A stretch of 64,000 bases of DNA, taken from NCBI GenBank assembly GCA_024402135.1, contig JAKSJN010000010.1, forward strand, positions 6,074 through 70,073, in the 5' to 3' direction. The translations under genes and the position numbers were made by a program. This DNA comes from Bacteroidales bacterium (GTDB taxonomy: Bacteria; Bacteroidota; Bacteroidia; Bacteroidales; UBA932). The notes beneath the pieces were generated by a model that was not told the origin of the DNA, searched no databases, and saw only the letters and a list, made by a program, of their open reading frames with translations. This document shows positions 9,546 through 19,259 of this stretch, one piece after another (position 1 is the first letter of the stretch; every line of letters begins with the position of its first letter).

Positions 9546-10448
9546 GTGCTCCTTACAGAGTTCATACGCGAAAGCACAGCCTCTCTTGAGGCTCTTTATC
9601 CTACCAAGGAGGCACGCAGCATCGTCCTGATGCTCTGTGAAGCCATCCTCGGAACAAAGAACTATACCCATATCGTCGAGCCGGAGTATCAGATCGACAA
9701 GAAGAAGATGCCGAAGCTGAAGGAGAATCTTCAGCGTCTTGAGCAGGGGGAGCCTATTCAATATGTAATCGGTACCGCCGATTTCTGTGACTATACATTC
9801 AATGTCAATCCGGCCGTTCTTATCCCTCGTCCGGAGACCGAGATGCTCGTCCGTGAAGCAATAAAGATAGCGTCCCGCATACGCCGCATGCGTATACCAT
9901 ACGGCAAGAACGCGACACCTGTCCGCATCCTTGATCTGTGTACGGGCTCGGGCTGCATCGCGTGGCTGCTGGCTCTTTCGGTACCGGGATGTCAGGTCGT
10001 CGGAGTCGACAATTCGGAAGTGGCGCTCAAGGTCGCCCGCACCCAGCCGTTCGCTGCAAAGCTCAAGGAACTCCAGGCTACAGCTCCTGTGTTCGTGAAT
10101 GCTGACGTCCTCGATACGGAACAGGACTTCAAGTATGGTCCGTTCGACCTGATTCTCAGCAACCCTCCTTATATCATGGAGTCCGAGAAACCATCGCTCC
10201 GCAAGAATGTGGTAGACTATGAACCTGCTACTGCCTTGTATGTCCCTGACGAGGATCCACTGCTCTACTACAGAGCCATTGCCCGCTGGTCGGAGCGTCT
10301 CCTCGCACCTGAAGGAAAGTGTCTCACCGAGATCAATTCTCTTCTTGGTCCGGAAACCGAGGTCCTTTTCCGCAACATGGGATTCCGCCAGACCGAGCAG
10401 GTCCGGGATTTCTACGACAAGACACGATTTATCTTCTATTCGAAATAA
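9546..10448 (+). CDS. prmC: Release factor glutamine methyltransferase (HemK/PrmC), GTG start
   Basis: GEPIQYVIG, LIPRPETE, LDLCTGSGCIA, SNPPYI. Confidence 0.93.
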   Translation: MLLTEFIRESTASLEALYPTKEARSIVLMLCEAILGTKNYTHIVEPEYQIDKKKMPKLKENLQRLEQGEPIQYVIGTADFCDYTFNVNPAVLIPRPETEMLVREAIKIASRIRRMRIPYGKNATPVRILDLCTGSGCIAWLLALSVPGCQVVGVDNSEVALKVARTQPFAAKLKELQATAPVFVNADVLDTEQDFKYGPFDLILSNPPYIMESEKPSLRKNVVDYEPATALYVPDEDPLLYYRAIARWSERLLAPEGKCLTEINSLLGPETEVLFRNMGFRQTEQVRDFYDKTRFIFYSK

Positions 10449-10453
10449 CTGTG

Positions 10454-10480
10454 AATCACGCTCTTTGGGGCGTGATTTTC
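10454..10480 (+). terminator. Probable intrinsic terminator after prmC
   Basis: aatcacgc...gcgtgatt hairpin followed by a T-rich tail. Confidence 0.55.
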
Positions 10481-10548
10481 ATTTAGCCGTGTTTCATGAG
10501 GTTAAACGGCTGATTATCGCTCACTTTGCATGAAAAAAGTGAACGACT

Positions 10549-11700
10549 ATGAAAACTTTGCCGATACTGGCTGCCATGACTGTCTTACTTGCATGTGATC
10601 CGGCCACGCCATTTGAACAGCCCGCCGCGTCCGAGTCCATGGAACTCAGCGAAGTGGCAAGCCTGCTTGCTGAACTGCCTCTTGATGCCGAGCATTATCT
10701 TGAGGTCCACGATGCGGTCAAGTCCTCGTCAGACAATGGCTATGACGAGGAATATACTATGGCGTCGCTGTTCGAATGTCCGGGACGCGGAGTCGGAGAA
10801 CAGACCAGCCAGACCAAGGTGTCCAGCTATTCCCATCCTATCAGGTCACTGATAGACGATTATTTTGCGACCAGAACGAAGAGTGACGATATCCTGCATG
10901 GAGCCGATCCGGAGTCTTTCATCACCGGATTGAAAGCATCCGATGTCCAGATATACTGGCCGTATTCGGAGCGTTGGGATGGCAAGACTCCTCCGGTCAT
11001 CACTTTCGATCCGGGAACTGGAGCGGGTGTGAATACCGGCTATGAAATGACTTCCAAGGGCATCCGGACTGTCCTTGTTGACGAAGAGATGGCAATGAAC
11101 CGCCCTGTGTGGGTGATCAATCGCAACGATGATGCATCTTATAAAACCATCGAGATGTTCCGCCGCGAGAATCCGGATTGGGCACAGGGTGGTGCCATTT
11201 CAGTCAGGCCGACAAAGGCAGGCAAAGACTGCCGCACACTGGTCCTCAAAGATTTCCGGATGAACCGGAACTACGATCCATGGTTTGCCGGTGCGAGTGA
11301 ATTCTGGGTCAAGTGCGGTTCTCTCGAAAACTTCACAGCCAGCACGGAGGCTGAACTCAAGCTCTATTATCCCGAGATTACGGATTTTCTGGTCGTTGTA
11401 AAGCGCGGGATGATGGGATATGCCCATGTCCTCAACACCGTGCTGGTTTCGGAATGGACAGACCAGCTGGACCGCTTCGCTTTCATGATTGTCGAGGATG
11501 ACGGAGGAACAATGACCTCCTGGAAATGCTCGTGCATCGCCAAGATCGAATCAAAGAGCTACGGCTTCGATCTGGAAATACCTTTCAGGACGGCTGACGA
11601 CATAGTCTGGAGGGGCCAGCTCTCGAGGAAGTATTTCGAAAAAGACACGATTGTCAAAGGGCACTTCGGCGATGTCGAACTGAGTTTCAGCTTTGAATAG
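10549..11700 (+). CDS. Hypothetical lipoprotein
   Basis: Lipobox VLLAC at residue 16; 383-aa ORF with host-like codon use; no recognised catalytic motif. Confidence 0.75.
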   Translation: MKTLPILAAMTVLLACDPATPFEQPAASESMELSEVASLLAELPLDAEHYLEVHDAVKSSSDNGYDEEYTMASLFECPGRGVGEQTSQTKVSSYSHPIRSLIDDYFATRTKSDDILHGADPESFITGLKASDVQIYWPYSERWDGKTPPVITFDPGTGAGVNTGYEMTSKGIRTVLVDEEMAMNRPVWVINRNDDASYKTIEMFRRENPDWAQGGAISVRPTKAGKDCRTLVLKDFRMNRNYDPWFAGASEFWVKCGSLENFTASTEAELKLYYPEITDFLVVVKRGMMGYAHVLNTVLVSEWTDQLDRFAFMIVEDDGGTMTSWKCSCIAKIESKSYGFDLEIPFRTADDIVWRGQLSRKYFEKDTIVKGHFGDVELSFSFE

Positions 11701-12318
11701 CTAATCTTCGTTGAGAGAAGCCTCGACCTGGACGGCCGCTGCGCACAGAGCTTCATAGAAGTCCTCGCCGTAAAGTCTTGTCAAAGGCTCCTTTAGGAAC
11801 TGGTAAACCCTGACGCCTTCCCGCTTGCCTTTGTCAAAGGCATCCTTGCAGATGTCCCAATGATGGACGTTGAGTGCCTGGCCGCCTCCTGTAAGCTTTG
11901 TAATACGGATAGGATAGAGACTGCAGGAAATCGGCTTGCGGAAATCGCACTTGCCTTCCAGGAATTTCATCTCGATCGAGCAGAGACAGTTCCCGTCCTT
12001 GTCGAAATGACAGAAAGCACATTCCTGGGTGCCTTCGGTAAGCGGGGTTACAATGTCCCCTTCGAAGTCGATCTCGAAGAATCCCTTCGCATCCACGGCA
12101 GCGCATCCTTCCGGCTTCATGAGAGGGGAGCAGACTGGGTACACCCTCTCAAGTTCGTCGAGCTCGTATTCTTCCAGCGGAGCTCCACATTCGCCTACGA
12201 TGCAGCATTTGCCGCGACACTTCTCGTAATCGCAGCTGAAACACTCCATGAATACGTCCTCGGAAACCAGTACGTCTCCTATCTGAACTATTGTGCCGAA
12301 TCTTCTCTTATGTCCCAT
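11701..12318 (-). CDS. DUF3109 family Cys-rich protein
   Basis: FSCDYEKCRGKCCIVGECGAPL, ECAFC, CLCSIE, KPISCSLYPIR pattern. Confidence 0.85.
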   Translation of the reverse strand: MGHKRRFGTIVQIGDVLVSEDVFMECFSCDYEKCRGKCCIVGECGAPLEEYELDELERVYPVCSPLMKPEGCAAVDAKGFFEIDFEGDIVTPLTEGTQECAFCHFDKDGNCLCSIEMKFLEGKCDFRKPISCSLYPIRITKLTGGGQALNVHHWDICKDAFDKGKREGVRVYQFLKEPLTRLYGEDFYEALCAAAVQVEASLNED

Positions 12319-12330
12319 GAATGATGATTG

Positions 12331-14649
12331 TTACTCGTCAGCCAGAACCAGGCGCGGGGCATCCTGGATCGTCGTCAATACATTTCTGATATCTTCCCAG
12401 CGCAGACTCTTTACCTGTGCGGCGCTTCCGATTATGTCTTTCCCGAGTCCGTATCGTGCCGTCGCGATCTTTATGATACCTGCTGCCTCCTTGGAACAAG
12501 CCTGGAATTCAGCGGTCTTTGCATCCTTGAACCCGTCCAGTCCGGTTTCCTTGACAGAGGCGACATTGTCAAGTATCGAGCTTGCGATCCTGGCCGCCTC
12601 ATGAGAACTGATGGAAGCCTCCCTTCCCGGTTTCAAGTGGATATTCATCACCACTCTCTCTACTGGCCTGATATCCAGTCTCGAGTTGATGTCGATCTCA
12701 TATCCCATGTCCGCCAGTGCGAACTCCAGAGTGTCACGGATGATTGTCTCCGCGGCTTCGAGGGAAATCTGGCGCTGGCGCGAATAGTGCGCGGCGGAAG
12801 TTATCTCGATGTGGACGCTGCCCTTGTCCACTGTCGCTCCTTCGATGCCGCTGATTTCGCTGGAACCGCTCTTCGGAACCCAGCTGGCATAGCTGCGAGG
12901 ACCAGGGTCTCCACCTGTCCCGAAGATTCCAAGATGGTGGGTGAGCAGTCTCTTTGCTCTGTCCATCGGCAGGTCTCCGACAAGTATGATCATACTGTCG
13001 TCAAAACGCCTGAAGCAGCTGCTGAAATACTTTTCTACACGCTGAGGCAGGTCATCCTTCATGGAAGATGCGCTCATCCTTCCGCTGAAAGCGAAGGTCG
13101 GTGCGATAAGGCTGTCCATGGCGGCCTCCAGCCCTTTCTGGCTGGAACGCCAGTCCTTCTCGGATATGGCGATCCTCTGTTTCAGCATCTCGAACCTGGC
13201 CTGGTCTGCCGGTCTGCGGGAATTGACCAGTATGTTGAGGACGCGCAGGAGCTTGTCCAGATTGGAATCTTCCACATGGCCGCTGATGATGGTCTCCGAA
13301 ATGCCGACTTCGATGTCCATGGTGACACCCCATGCGTTGATGAGGTCCATGAAATTGTTTCCTTCCATGCCTCCCAGACGTCCGCTGAGCAGTACGTCGT
13401 CAGCAAACTGAAGTTCACTCTCAGACAGGATTCCTCCCGGGCCGCCGTTGAGTATGATGGAGTATTCCATACGGCCTCCGGTCTTCATCTCCTTGTACAG
13501 GACTTTTATTCCATTGCCGAAAGTCCAGACAATACCGCCAGTGAGTTTATCTGTATCATCATTCTTGAGGCGTACCTTTGAAATCGGCAGGTTGAGGCGT
13601 GTGGTATCGGCCATGTCAGGCTTTTCAAGCAGGCCTGGCATCTTGCTGAACCACTGTACGTCGTTATGGGCTGCTGCCGGGCGCAGGTCTGAAACATACT
13701 CCTTTACAAATGCTTTGAAGTATTCGACCTCCTGTTTTCTGCCCAGGCTGTGTTTGCTGAACCAGTCGGCCGCAATCTCGCTGGACGCAAGGTCGGCACC
13801 GTACAGGAATGCGTCGGTGCAGCGCTCCATAGGGCTGCGCAGGTCCATGACATCATCGGCCGGTGGCCAATTCCTGTAACCGCCATCACCCATGCCCAGG
13901 AGGCAGAGCCTCATGATCTGCTTAGCCTTCTCTATGTCTTCGACAGCGACGGAAGCATGTGCGACCAGGGTCTCGTCTCCACCATGACTGTATGAAGGGT
14001 AGTAGTCATATCCGACGTTTCCGTACTGTATTCCTGCATCCCTGAGGGCACGTTGGCATCTTCGTACGTATTCAGCGCCAAGCCAGTTGGAGTAACGCGC
14101 GCTTACACGTGCCACCGTACTTCCTATGTTCTCGCGGGACTGGCGCGGGGTGGTGAGCATTATGCTGCAAGGATACTCCCTTACTGCCGGACCCTTTGCC
14201 CCGGCAATCTCCGGAAGATGGCTGCCGGGATTTGTGAATGCCAGGCTGTCGGCGGCCTTCATGCGCGCGGCAAATACCTTGAGGGAATCCCTCGTGCGCT
14301 TCACGTCGATGTCTCCGCAGATGATGATGGCGCGTTTGCCGATCACGGTCCTTATGCTCTCAAGCATGGAGGTCAGCACGCTGTCCGCAATGATTCCTTC
14401 ATGTGATTTTTCAAGTTTGGCAAGATATTGGTATTGCGAAGAGCCGAGAGGCTCATATGCTGCCAGTGCGGTTTCGACCCTGGAGCCCGGAAAAGGGCTG
14501 CGGACCATGTAAGACATGAGATCCGGAGCGATGGAGTCTACGACGAACTGTGAGGCCTGTGGCAGAGATGCCGGTCTCTGTGCTCCCGCCGAAAAGGCGG
14601 AAAGTATGAGCAAAAGCTGTATGTATATGTACAGAATGCGTTTTCTCAT
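12331..14649 (-). CDS. Secreted degenerate M16 (insulinase/PqqL-like) protein lacking the HXXEH zinc site
   Basis: Start reassigned to MRKRILYIYIQLLL (signal peptide). WTFGNGIKVLYK...ILNGG resembles the start of the C-terminal half of PqqL-type proteases. No HXXEH seen. Confidence 0.6.
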   Translation of the reverse strand: MRKRILYIYIQLLLILSAFSAGAQRPASLPQASQFVVDSIAPDLMSYMVRSPFPGSRVETALAAYEPLGSSQYQYLAKLEKSHEGIIADSVLTSMLESIRTVIGKRAIIICGDIDVKRTRDSLKVFAARMKAADSLAFTNPGSHLPEIAGAKGPAVREYPCSIMLTTPRQSRENIGSTVARVSARYSNWLGAEYVRRCQRALRDAGIQYGNVGYDYYPSYSHGGDETLVAHASVAVEDIEKAKQIMRLCLLGMGDGGYRNWPPADDVMDLRSPMERCTDAFLYGADLASSEIAADWFSKHSLGRKQEVEYFKAFVKEYVSDLRPAAAHNDVQWFSKMPGLLEKPDMADTTRLNLPISKVRLKNDDTDKLTGGIVWTFGNGIKVLYKEMKTGGRMEYSIILNGGPGGILSESELQFADDVLLSGRLGGMEGNNFMDLINAWGVTMDIEVGISETIISGHVEDSNLDKLLRVLNILVNSRRPADQARFEMLKQRIAISEKDWRSSQKGLEAAMDSLIAPTFAFSGRMSASSMKDDLPQRVEKYFSSCFRRFDDSMIILVGDLPMDRAKRLLTHHLGIFGTGGDPGPRSYASWVPKSGSSEISGIEGATVDKGSVHIEITSAAHYSRQRQISLEAAETIIRDTLEFALADMGYEIDINSRLDIRPVERVVMNIHLKPGREASISSHEAARIASSILDNVASVKETGLDGFKDAKTAEFQACSKEAAGIIKIATARYGLGKDIIGSAAQVKSLRWEDIRNVLTTIQDAPRLVLADE

Positions 14650-14668
14650 CACTTTTCTAGACTTTGTG

Positions 14669-14697
14669 CAAATATAAAATATTATTAAGTATATTTG
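14669..14697. promoter_or_regulatory. Back-to-back Bacteroidetes -7 boxes for the divergent M16-like and TPR genes
   Basis: TATATTTG on minus (14669-14676) and on plus (14690-14697). Confidence 0.65.
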
Positions 14698-14743
14698 CAT
14701 TTGCCCCATTGAATAGATAATCATTAAAACAAAAGTACACACC

Positions 14744-15673
14744 ATGAAGAAAATTATTCTTTCCTTGATCGCTCTTGCCCTTTCAGTTGGTTTCGCATCA
14801 GCTCAGGACATGGCACAGGCAACTGACACTTACAACAGCGGTGCAGCAGCTCTCTCTAACGGCGAGAAGGCATCCGCAATCGAATTCTTCACCAAGGCTA
14901 TCAAAGAGGCTGAGGCTTGTGGAGAGGAAGGCGCTGAGATCATCGCAAACTGCAAGGGTGTCATCCCTTCAATCGTTCTTTCAATTGCGAAGGACCTCGT
15001 AAAGGAGGCTGACTATACCGCAGCTTTCGCAAAGATCGACGAGGCTGTCAAGGTAGCTGGTGAGTACGCTTCCGAGGAAGTTGCCACTGAGGCAGCTGAG
15101 CTCCTTCCACAGGTAAAGAAGCTCTGGGCAAAGTCACTCTATGACAAGAAGGATTTCGCAGCAGCAGTTGACGCATACAAGGAGGTTCTTACTCTTGACG
15201 CTGAGGACGGCGCTTCAGCACTCCGTCTTGCAATGGCTCTCGCCAACAGCGGTGCAGCTCAGGCTGATGTTATCGCAGCTTACGAGAAGGCAGCAACTCT
15301 TGGCCAGGAGGCTAACGCCAACAAGCAGATCGCTTCAATCTACCTCAAGGATGCAGCAGCTCAGCTCAAGGCAAAGGCTTACGCAGCAGCAGCTGACGCA
15401 GCAAAGAAGGCTAACGAGTATGGCGACAATGCACAGGCTTACCTCGTTCTCGGTCAGGCTTCACAGCAGCTCAAGAAGAACGCTGACGCTATCTCGGCAT
15501 TCGAGAAGTACCTCGAGCTCTCTCCTAGCGCAAAGAACGCAGGTGCTATCGCACTTACCATCGGCGCTCTCTACCAGGGTGACAAGAACAATGCAAAGGC
15601 TCTCGAGTTCTACAAGAAGGCACAGGAGCTTGGTACTGACGCAAAGCAGTACATCGACGCACTCAGCAAGTAA
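14744..15673 (+). CDS. Secreted tetratricopeptide-repeat protein
   Basis: Signal peptide MKKIILSLIALALSVGFASAQ; Ala-rich helical repeats (AYLVLGQA...AISAFEKYLELSP). Confidence 0.85.
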   Translation: MKKIILSLIALALSVGFASAQDMAQATDTYNSGAAALSNGEKASAIEFFTKAIKEAEACGEEGAEIIANCKGVIPSIVLSIAKDLVKEADYTAAFAKIDEAVKVAGEYASEEVATEAAELLPQVKKLWAKSLYDKKDFAAAVDAYKEVLTLDAEDGASALRLAMALANSGAAQADVIAAYEKAATLGQEANANKQIASIYLKDAAAQLKAKAYAAAADAAKKANEYGDNAQAYLVLGQASQQLKKNADAISAFEKYLELSPSAKNAGAIALTIGALYQGDKNNAKALEFYKKAQELGTDAKQYIDALSK

Positions 15674-15690
15674 TCATCCCGATCGGATAT

Positions 15691-17547
15691 ATGCAGGAAC
15701 TTGAATTGCTCGCTCCTGCGAGAAACAAGGAAATCGGCATCGCGGCAATAGCCTGCGGTGCCGATGCCGTGTATATCGGAGGCGATGGCTTCGGTGCCCG
15801 TAAGGACGCTGGAAACCCGATGGAGGATGTCGCTGAACTATGCAGCTACGCACATCGTTTCGGCGCCAGGGTTTACATGACAGTCAACACAATCATATAC
15901 GACGGGGAATTGGACTCGGCGCACAAGATGATGCTGCGCGCCCAGAAAGCCGGCATCGATGCCTTCATAGTCCAGGATACCGTGATATTCTCCTGGGATG
16001 ATATCACGGTTCCGCTTCATGCCTCGACCCAGTGCGCGATCCGCGACACTGGAAATGCACGCTTCTATGAGTCCCTGGGATGCGGACGCATCGTCCTGGA
16101 ACGGGAGATGACTCTGGAGCGTATAAAGGAGATTCATGAAGCCGTGCCTCAGTGTGAACTGGAATTCTTCGTGCACGGCGCTCTGTGTGTGTGCTACAGC
16201 GGCAACTGCTATATGTCCGAGGCCATAGCCGGACGAAGTGCCAACCGTGGTGCGTGCATCCAGGCGTGCCGCTCGCTCTACGATCTGGTTGACGAGGAAG
16301 GAAAGGTCCTGGTGAAGAACAAGGCCCTGCTGTCACTGAAGGACTACTGTCTGATCAATCGTCTGGGAGACCTTGCCGACGCAGGAGTCTGTTCGTTCAA
16401 GATAGAGGGACGTCTCAAGAATGCGTCTTATGTCAAGAACTGTGTAAGGGCATATTCCGAGGCAATTGACGGACTCGTTGCAGCTCATCCTGACAAGTAT
16501 GTGCGTGCATCGTTCGGACGTGTCAGCGGCGGCTTCAAGCCCGAATTGGACAGGACTTTCAACCGTGGATATACCGAGCTCTTTCTTGATGGAAAGCGCG
16601 GACAGTGGTCATCAATGGATGCTCCTAAGTCGATAGGGGAGTTCGTAGGAAAGATTGCTGCGGTCCGCAAGCCCAAGGGGCGTGGAGTCTATTCGATGTT
16701 TGTCGATATCGAGCCGGCCGGTCCTGACGTCACTTTCAGCAATGGAGACGGTTTCTGTGCCCTGCCGAAGGGCAAGGCTGGCGCGAAATTGCTGGGTTTC
16801 CGTGGCGATGTCTGTACGGGAATGACCATCGAGACAAAGCCGATGGACGGGCTTGTACCCGGAATGAAGGTCTTCCGCAATATCAACGCATCATTCGAGC
16901 GTGAACTTGACAGGAACATGCCGAAGCGCGAGATATCTGTCGCCGTCGACATTAGTATCAGCGGCAACTTTGAAATGGATGTTCATGCCGTGAGCGAGGA
17001 TGGTCGCGAGATTCTGAGTCCGTTCAAGATGGACGTAGAGGCCGCGGAGAACCGTGAGCGCCAGATCGCGATGATGCAGGAACAGCTCTCCAAGCGTGCC
17101 CTGCACTACAATTTCAAGGTGACGGATATCCATACCGACAAGCCGGGTGCGGCAGTTCCGCTTCTCAGTGCATCAACCTTGAACAGCATACGCCGCCTGG
17201 TCGCCGAGGATATCGATGCTCTCAAGATCAAAGCCAGACCGCTTGCAACGGGTACAAGGCACGATGGAGAGAAATGCTCGCATAGCGGTTATAAACTTAA
17301 CATAGCCAACAGGCTCGCCCGCGAGCTCCACGAAGCTCATTCCAGTGACGGGATCGAACCTGCATATGAGCTGTCACATAAGGAAGGCGCGGAGCTCATG
17401 CGTACCCGATACTGCATCCGTCATGAGCTGGGCATGTGCCCTGTCCACCAGGGGGCAAAGGCTTCAGGCCCTCTCTATCTCCTTAACAACGGCCGCCGCT
17501 TCGATCTTGTATTCGACTGTGCCGCCTGCGAGATGGTAGTGAAATGA
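15691..17547 (+). CDS. rlhA: Peptidase U32 family protein, RlhA-like 23S rRNA hydroxylation protein (long form)
   Basis: ELLAPA, HASTQ, FVHGALCVCYSGNCYMS, SANRGACIQACR, SFKIEGR; C-terminal extension ending CIRHELGMCP. Confidence 0.82.
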   Translation: MQELELLAPARNKEIGIAAIACGADAVYIGGDGFGARKDAGNPMEDVAELCSYAHRFGARVYMTVNTIIYDGELDSAHKMMLRAQKAGIDAFIVQDTVIFSWDDITVPLHASTQCAIRDTGNARFYESLGCGRIVLEREMTLERIKEIHEAVPQCELEFFVHGALCVCYSGNCYMSEAIAGRSANRGACIQACRSLYDLVDEEGKVLVKNKALLSLKDYCLINRLGDLADAGVCSFKIEGRLKNASYVKNCVRAYSEAIDGLVAAHPDKYVRASFGRVSGGFKPELDRTFNRGYTELFLDGKRGQWSSMDAPKSIGEFVGKIAAVRKPKGRGVYSMFVDIEPAGPDVTFSNGDGFCALPKGKAGAKLLGFRGDVCTGMTIETKPMDGLVPGMKVFRNINASFERELDRNMPKREISVAVDISISGNFEMDVHAVSEDGREILSPFKMDVEAAENRERQIAMMQEQLSKRALHYNFKVTDIHTDKPGAAVPLLSASTLNSIRRLVAEDIDALKIKARPLATGTRHDGEKCSHSGYKLNIANRLARELHEAHSSDGIEPAYELSHKEGAELMRTRYCIRHELGMCPVHQGAKASGPLYLLNNGRRFDLVFDCAACEMVVK

Positions 17548-17582
17548 AAAACGGCTGACCTTGAAAGTCAGCCGCTTTTCTT
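17547..17582. terminator. Bidirectional intrinsic terminator between rlhA and trpB2
   Basis: Perfect 8-bp stem cggctgac/gtcagccg flanked by A- and T-runs. Confidence 0.8.
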
Positions 17583-17616
17583 ATGCAGATGGGGTCAGAC
17601 CCCTTGCGTCAAATTT

Positions 17617-18990
17617 TTATTCCTCAACCTTAGGGAGCTGCTCGAGGTATGCTGCGATCTGCTCGTCGGTAGGGATCTCGTCGGTCATGACGCCGGTGTT
17701 GTACTTCTCGTATGCAACGAGGTCGAAGTAACCGGTACCAGAGAGGTTGAATACGATGGTCTTTGCCTCGCCGGTCTCCTTGCACTTGAGAGCCTCGTCG
17801 ATGGCGATCTTGATAGCGTGGCTGCTCTCAGGAGCAGGGAGGGTACCCTCGGCACGTGCGAAGGTTACAGCTGCCTTGAATACGTCAGTCTGCTCAACGG
17901 CGCGGCACTCGAAGAGACCGTCATGATAGAGCTGTGAAAGGATGGTTGACATACCGTGGAAGCGGAGACCGCCTGCGTGGTTTGCAGAAGGGATGAACTG
18001 GCTTCCGAGGGTGTACATCTTGGCGAGAGGGCAGATACGGCCTGTGTCAGCGAAGTCGTATGCGAACTTACCCTTGGTGAAGCTTGGGCAAGATGCAGGC
18101 TCGGCAGCGATGATCTTGTAGTTTGCCTCTCCACGGAGCATTTCGCCGATGAATGGGGTAGCGAAACCGCCGAGGTTTGAACCACCACCGGTACATCCGA
18201 TGAGGATGTCTGGCTTGATGTCATACTTCTTGAGTGCAGCCTGTACCTCCTGGCCGATCACGGTCTGATGGAGAAGTACCTGGTTGAGTACTGAACCGAG
18301 AACATATCTGTAGCCCTCCTGGGTAACTGCAGCCTCGACAGCCTCAGAGATGGCGCAACCAAGGCTACCGGTGGTTCCAGGATGCTCCTCAAGGATCTTG
18401 CGGCCTACGTTTGTAGTGTTGCTAGGAGATGGGGTGACCTTTGCGCCGAAGGTACGCATAACCTCGCGACGGAATGGCTTCTGCTCATAAGAGCACTTTA
18501 CCATGTAAACCTGGCAGTCAAGTCCGAAATATGTGCTGGCCATGCTGAGGGCGGTACCCCACTGTCCTGCACCGGTCTCGGTGGTTACACCCTTGAGACC
18601 CTGCTTCTTTGCGTAGTAAGCCTGCGCGATAGCTGAGTTGAGCTTGTGGCTGCCTGAGGTGTTGTTTCCTTCGAACTTGTAGTAGATCTTTGCCGGAGTA
18701 TCGAGAGCCTTCTCAAGGAAGTAAGCTCTTACGAGTGGTGAAGGACGGTACATCTTGTAGAAATCAAGGATCTCTTCAGGGATGTCGAAGTACTTGGTGT
18801 CGTTGTCAAGCTCCTGCTTGTTCAACTCCTCACAGAAGATAGGATTGAGGTCCTCGAGGGTAAGTGGCTGGAGGGTTCCAGGGTTAAGAAGCGGTGCAGG
18901 CTTAACCTTCATGTCCGCACGTACGTTGTACCACTGTCTTGGAATCTCATTCTCATCCAGATAGATCTTGTAGGGAATTTTCTCGCTCAT
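17617..18990 (-). CDS. trpB2: TrpB2-type tryptophan synthase beta-like PLP enzyme
   Basis: IPRQWYN, YRPSPLVRA, SGSHKLNSA (PLP Lys), TETGAGQWG, HAGGLRFHG, PAPESSHA; 457 aa; no trpA adjacent. Confidence 0.93.
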   Translation of the reverse strand: MSEKIPYKIYLDENEIPRQWYNVRADMKVKPAPLLNPGTLQPLTLEDLNPIFCEELNKQELDNDTKYFDIPEEILDFYKMYRPSPLVRAYFLEKALDTPAKIYYKFEGNNTSGSHKLNSAIAQAYYAKKQGLKGVTTETGAGQWGTALSMASTYFGLDCQVYMVKCSYEQKPFRREVMRTFGAKVTPSPSNTTNVGRKILEEHPGTTGSLGCAISEAVEAAVTQEGYRYVLGSVLNQVLLHQTVIGQEVQAALKKYDIKPDILIGCTGGGSNLGGFATPFIGEMLRGEANYKIIAAEPASCPSFTKGKFAYDFADTGRICPLAKMYTLGSQFIPSANHAGGLRFHGMSTILSQLYHDGLFECRAVEQTDVFKAAVTFARAEGTLPAPESSHAIKIAIDEALKCKETGEAKTIVFNLSGTGYFDLVAYEKYNTGVMTDEIPTDEQIAAYLEQLPKVEE

Positions 18991-19044
18991 TTTGTTAAGT
19001 AAATATTAGTTGTTTTATTGAAATTTCAGGAAAAATGTTGTCAT

Positions 19045-19083
19045 AAAAAAATGGAGCTCAGTCGTATTCCGGCTGAACTCCAT
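19045..19083 (-). terminator. Attenuator terminator hairpin upstream of trpB2
   Basis: Minus strand ATGGAGTTCAGCCG-GAATA-CGACTGAGCTCCAT-TTTTTT: 14-bp stem with one G.U pair and one mismatch, then a U run. Confidence 0.85.
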
Positions 19084-19113
19084 CATTATCTATATACGCG
19101 ATGGTCTGACCTT

Positions 19114-19170
19114 TTACGACTGGTTGAGTTGTAACAGGCGCCACCACCAATATGCATTCTTATTGAACAT
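19114..19170 (-). CDS. trpL: Trp attenuator leader peptide MFNKNAYWWWRLLQLNQS
   Basis: Hand translation: three tandem TGG codons, positioned upstream of the terminator hairpin and trpB2. Confidence 0.88.
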   Translation of the reverse strand: MFNKNAYWWWRLLQLNQS

Positions 19171-19259
19171 TCTTGTCTGATGTATACGGCAAATATGAAA
19201 ATCATTTTTCGTAAATCCAAAGCTTTTCCAAAAAAAATCAATTTGCAGCAGGTCCCAGA

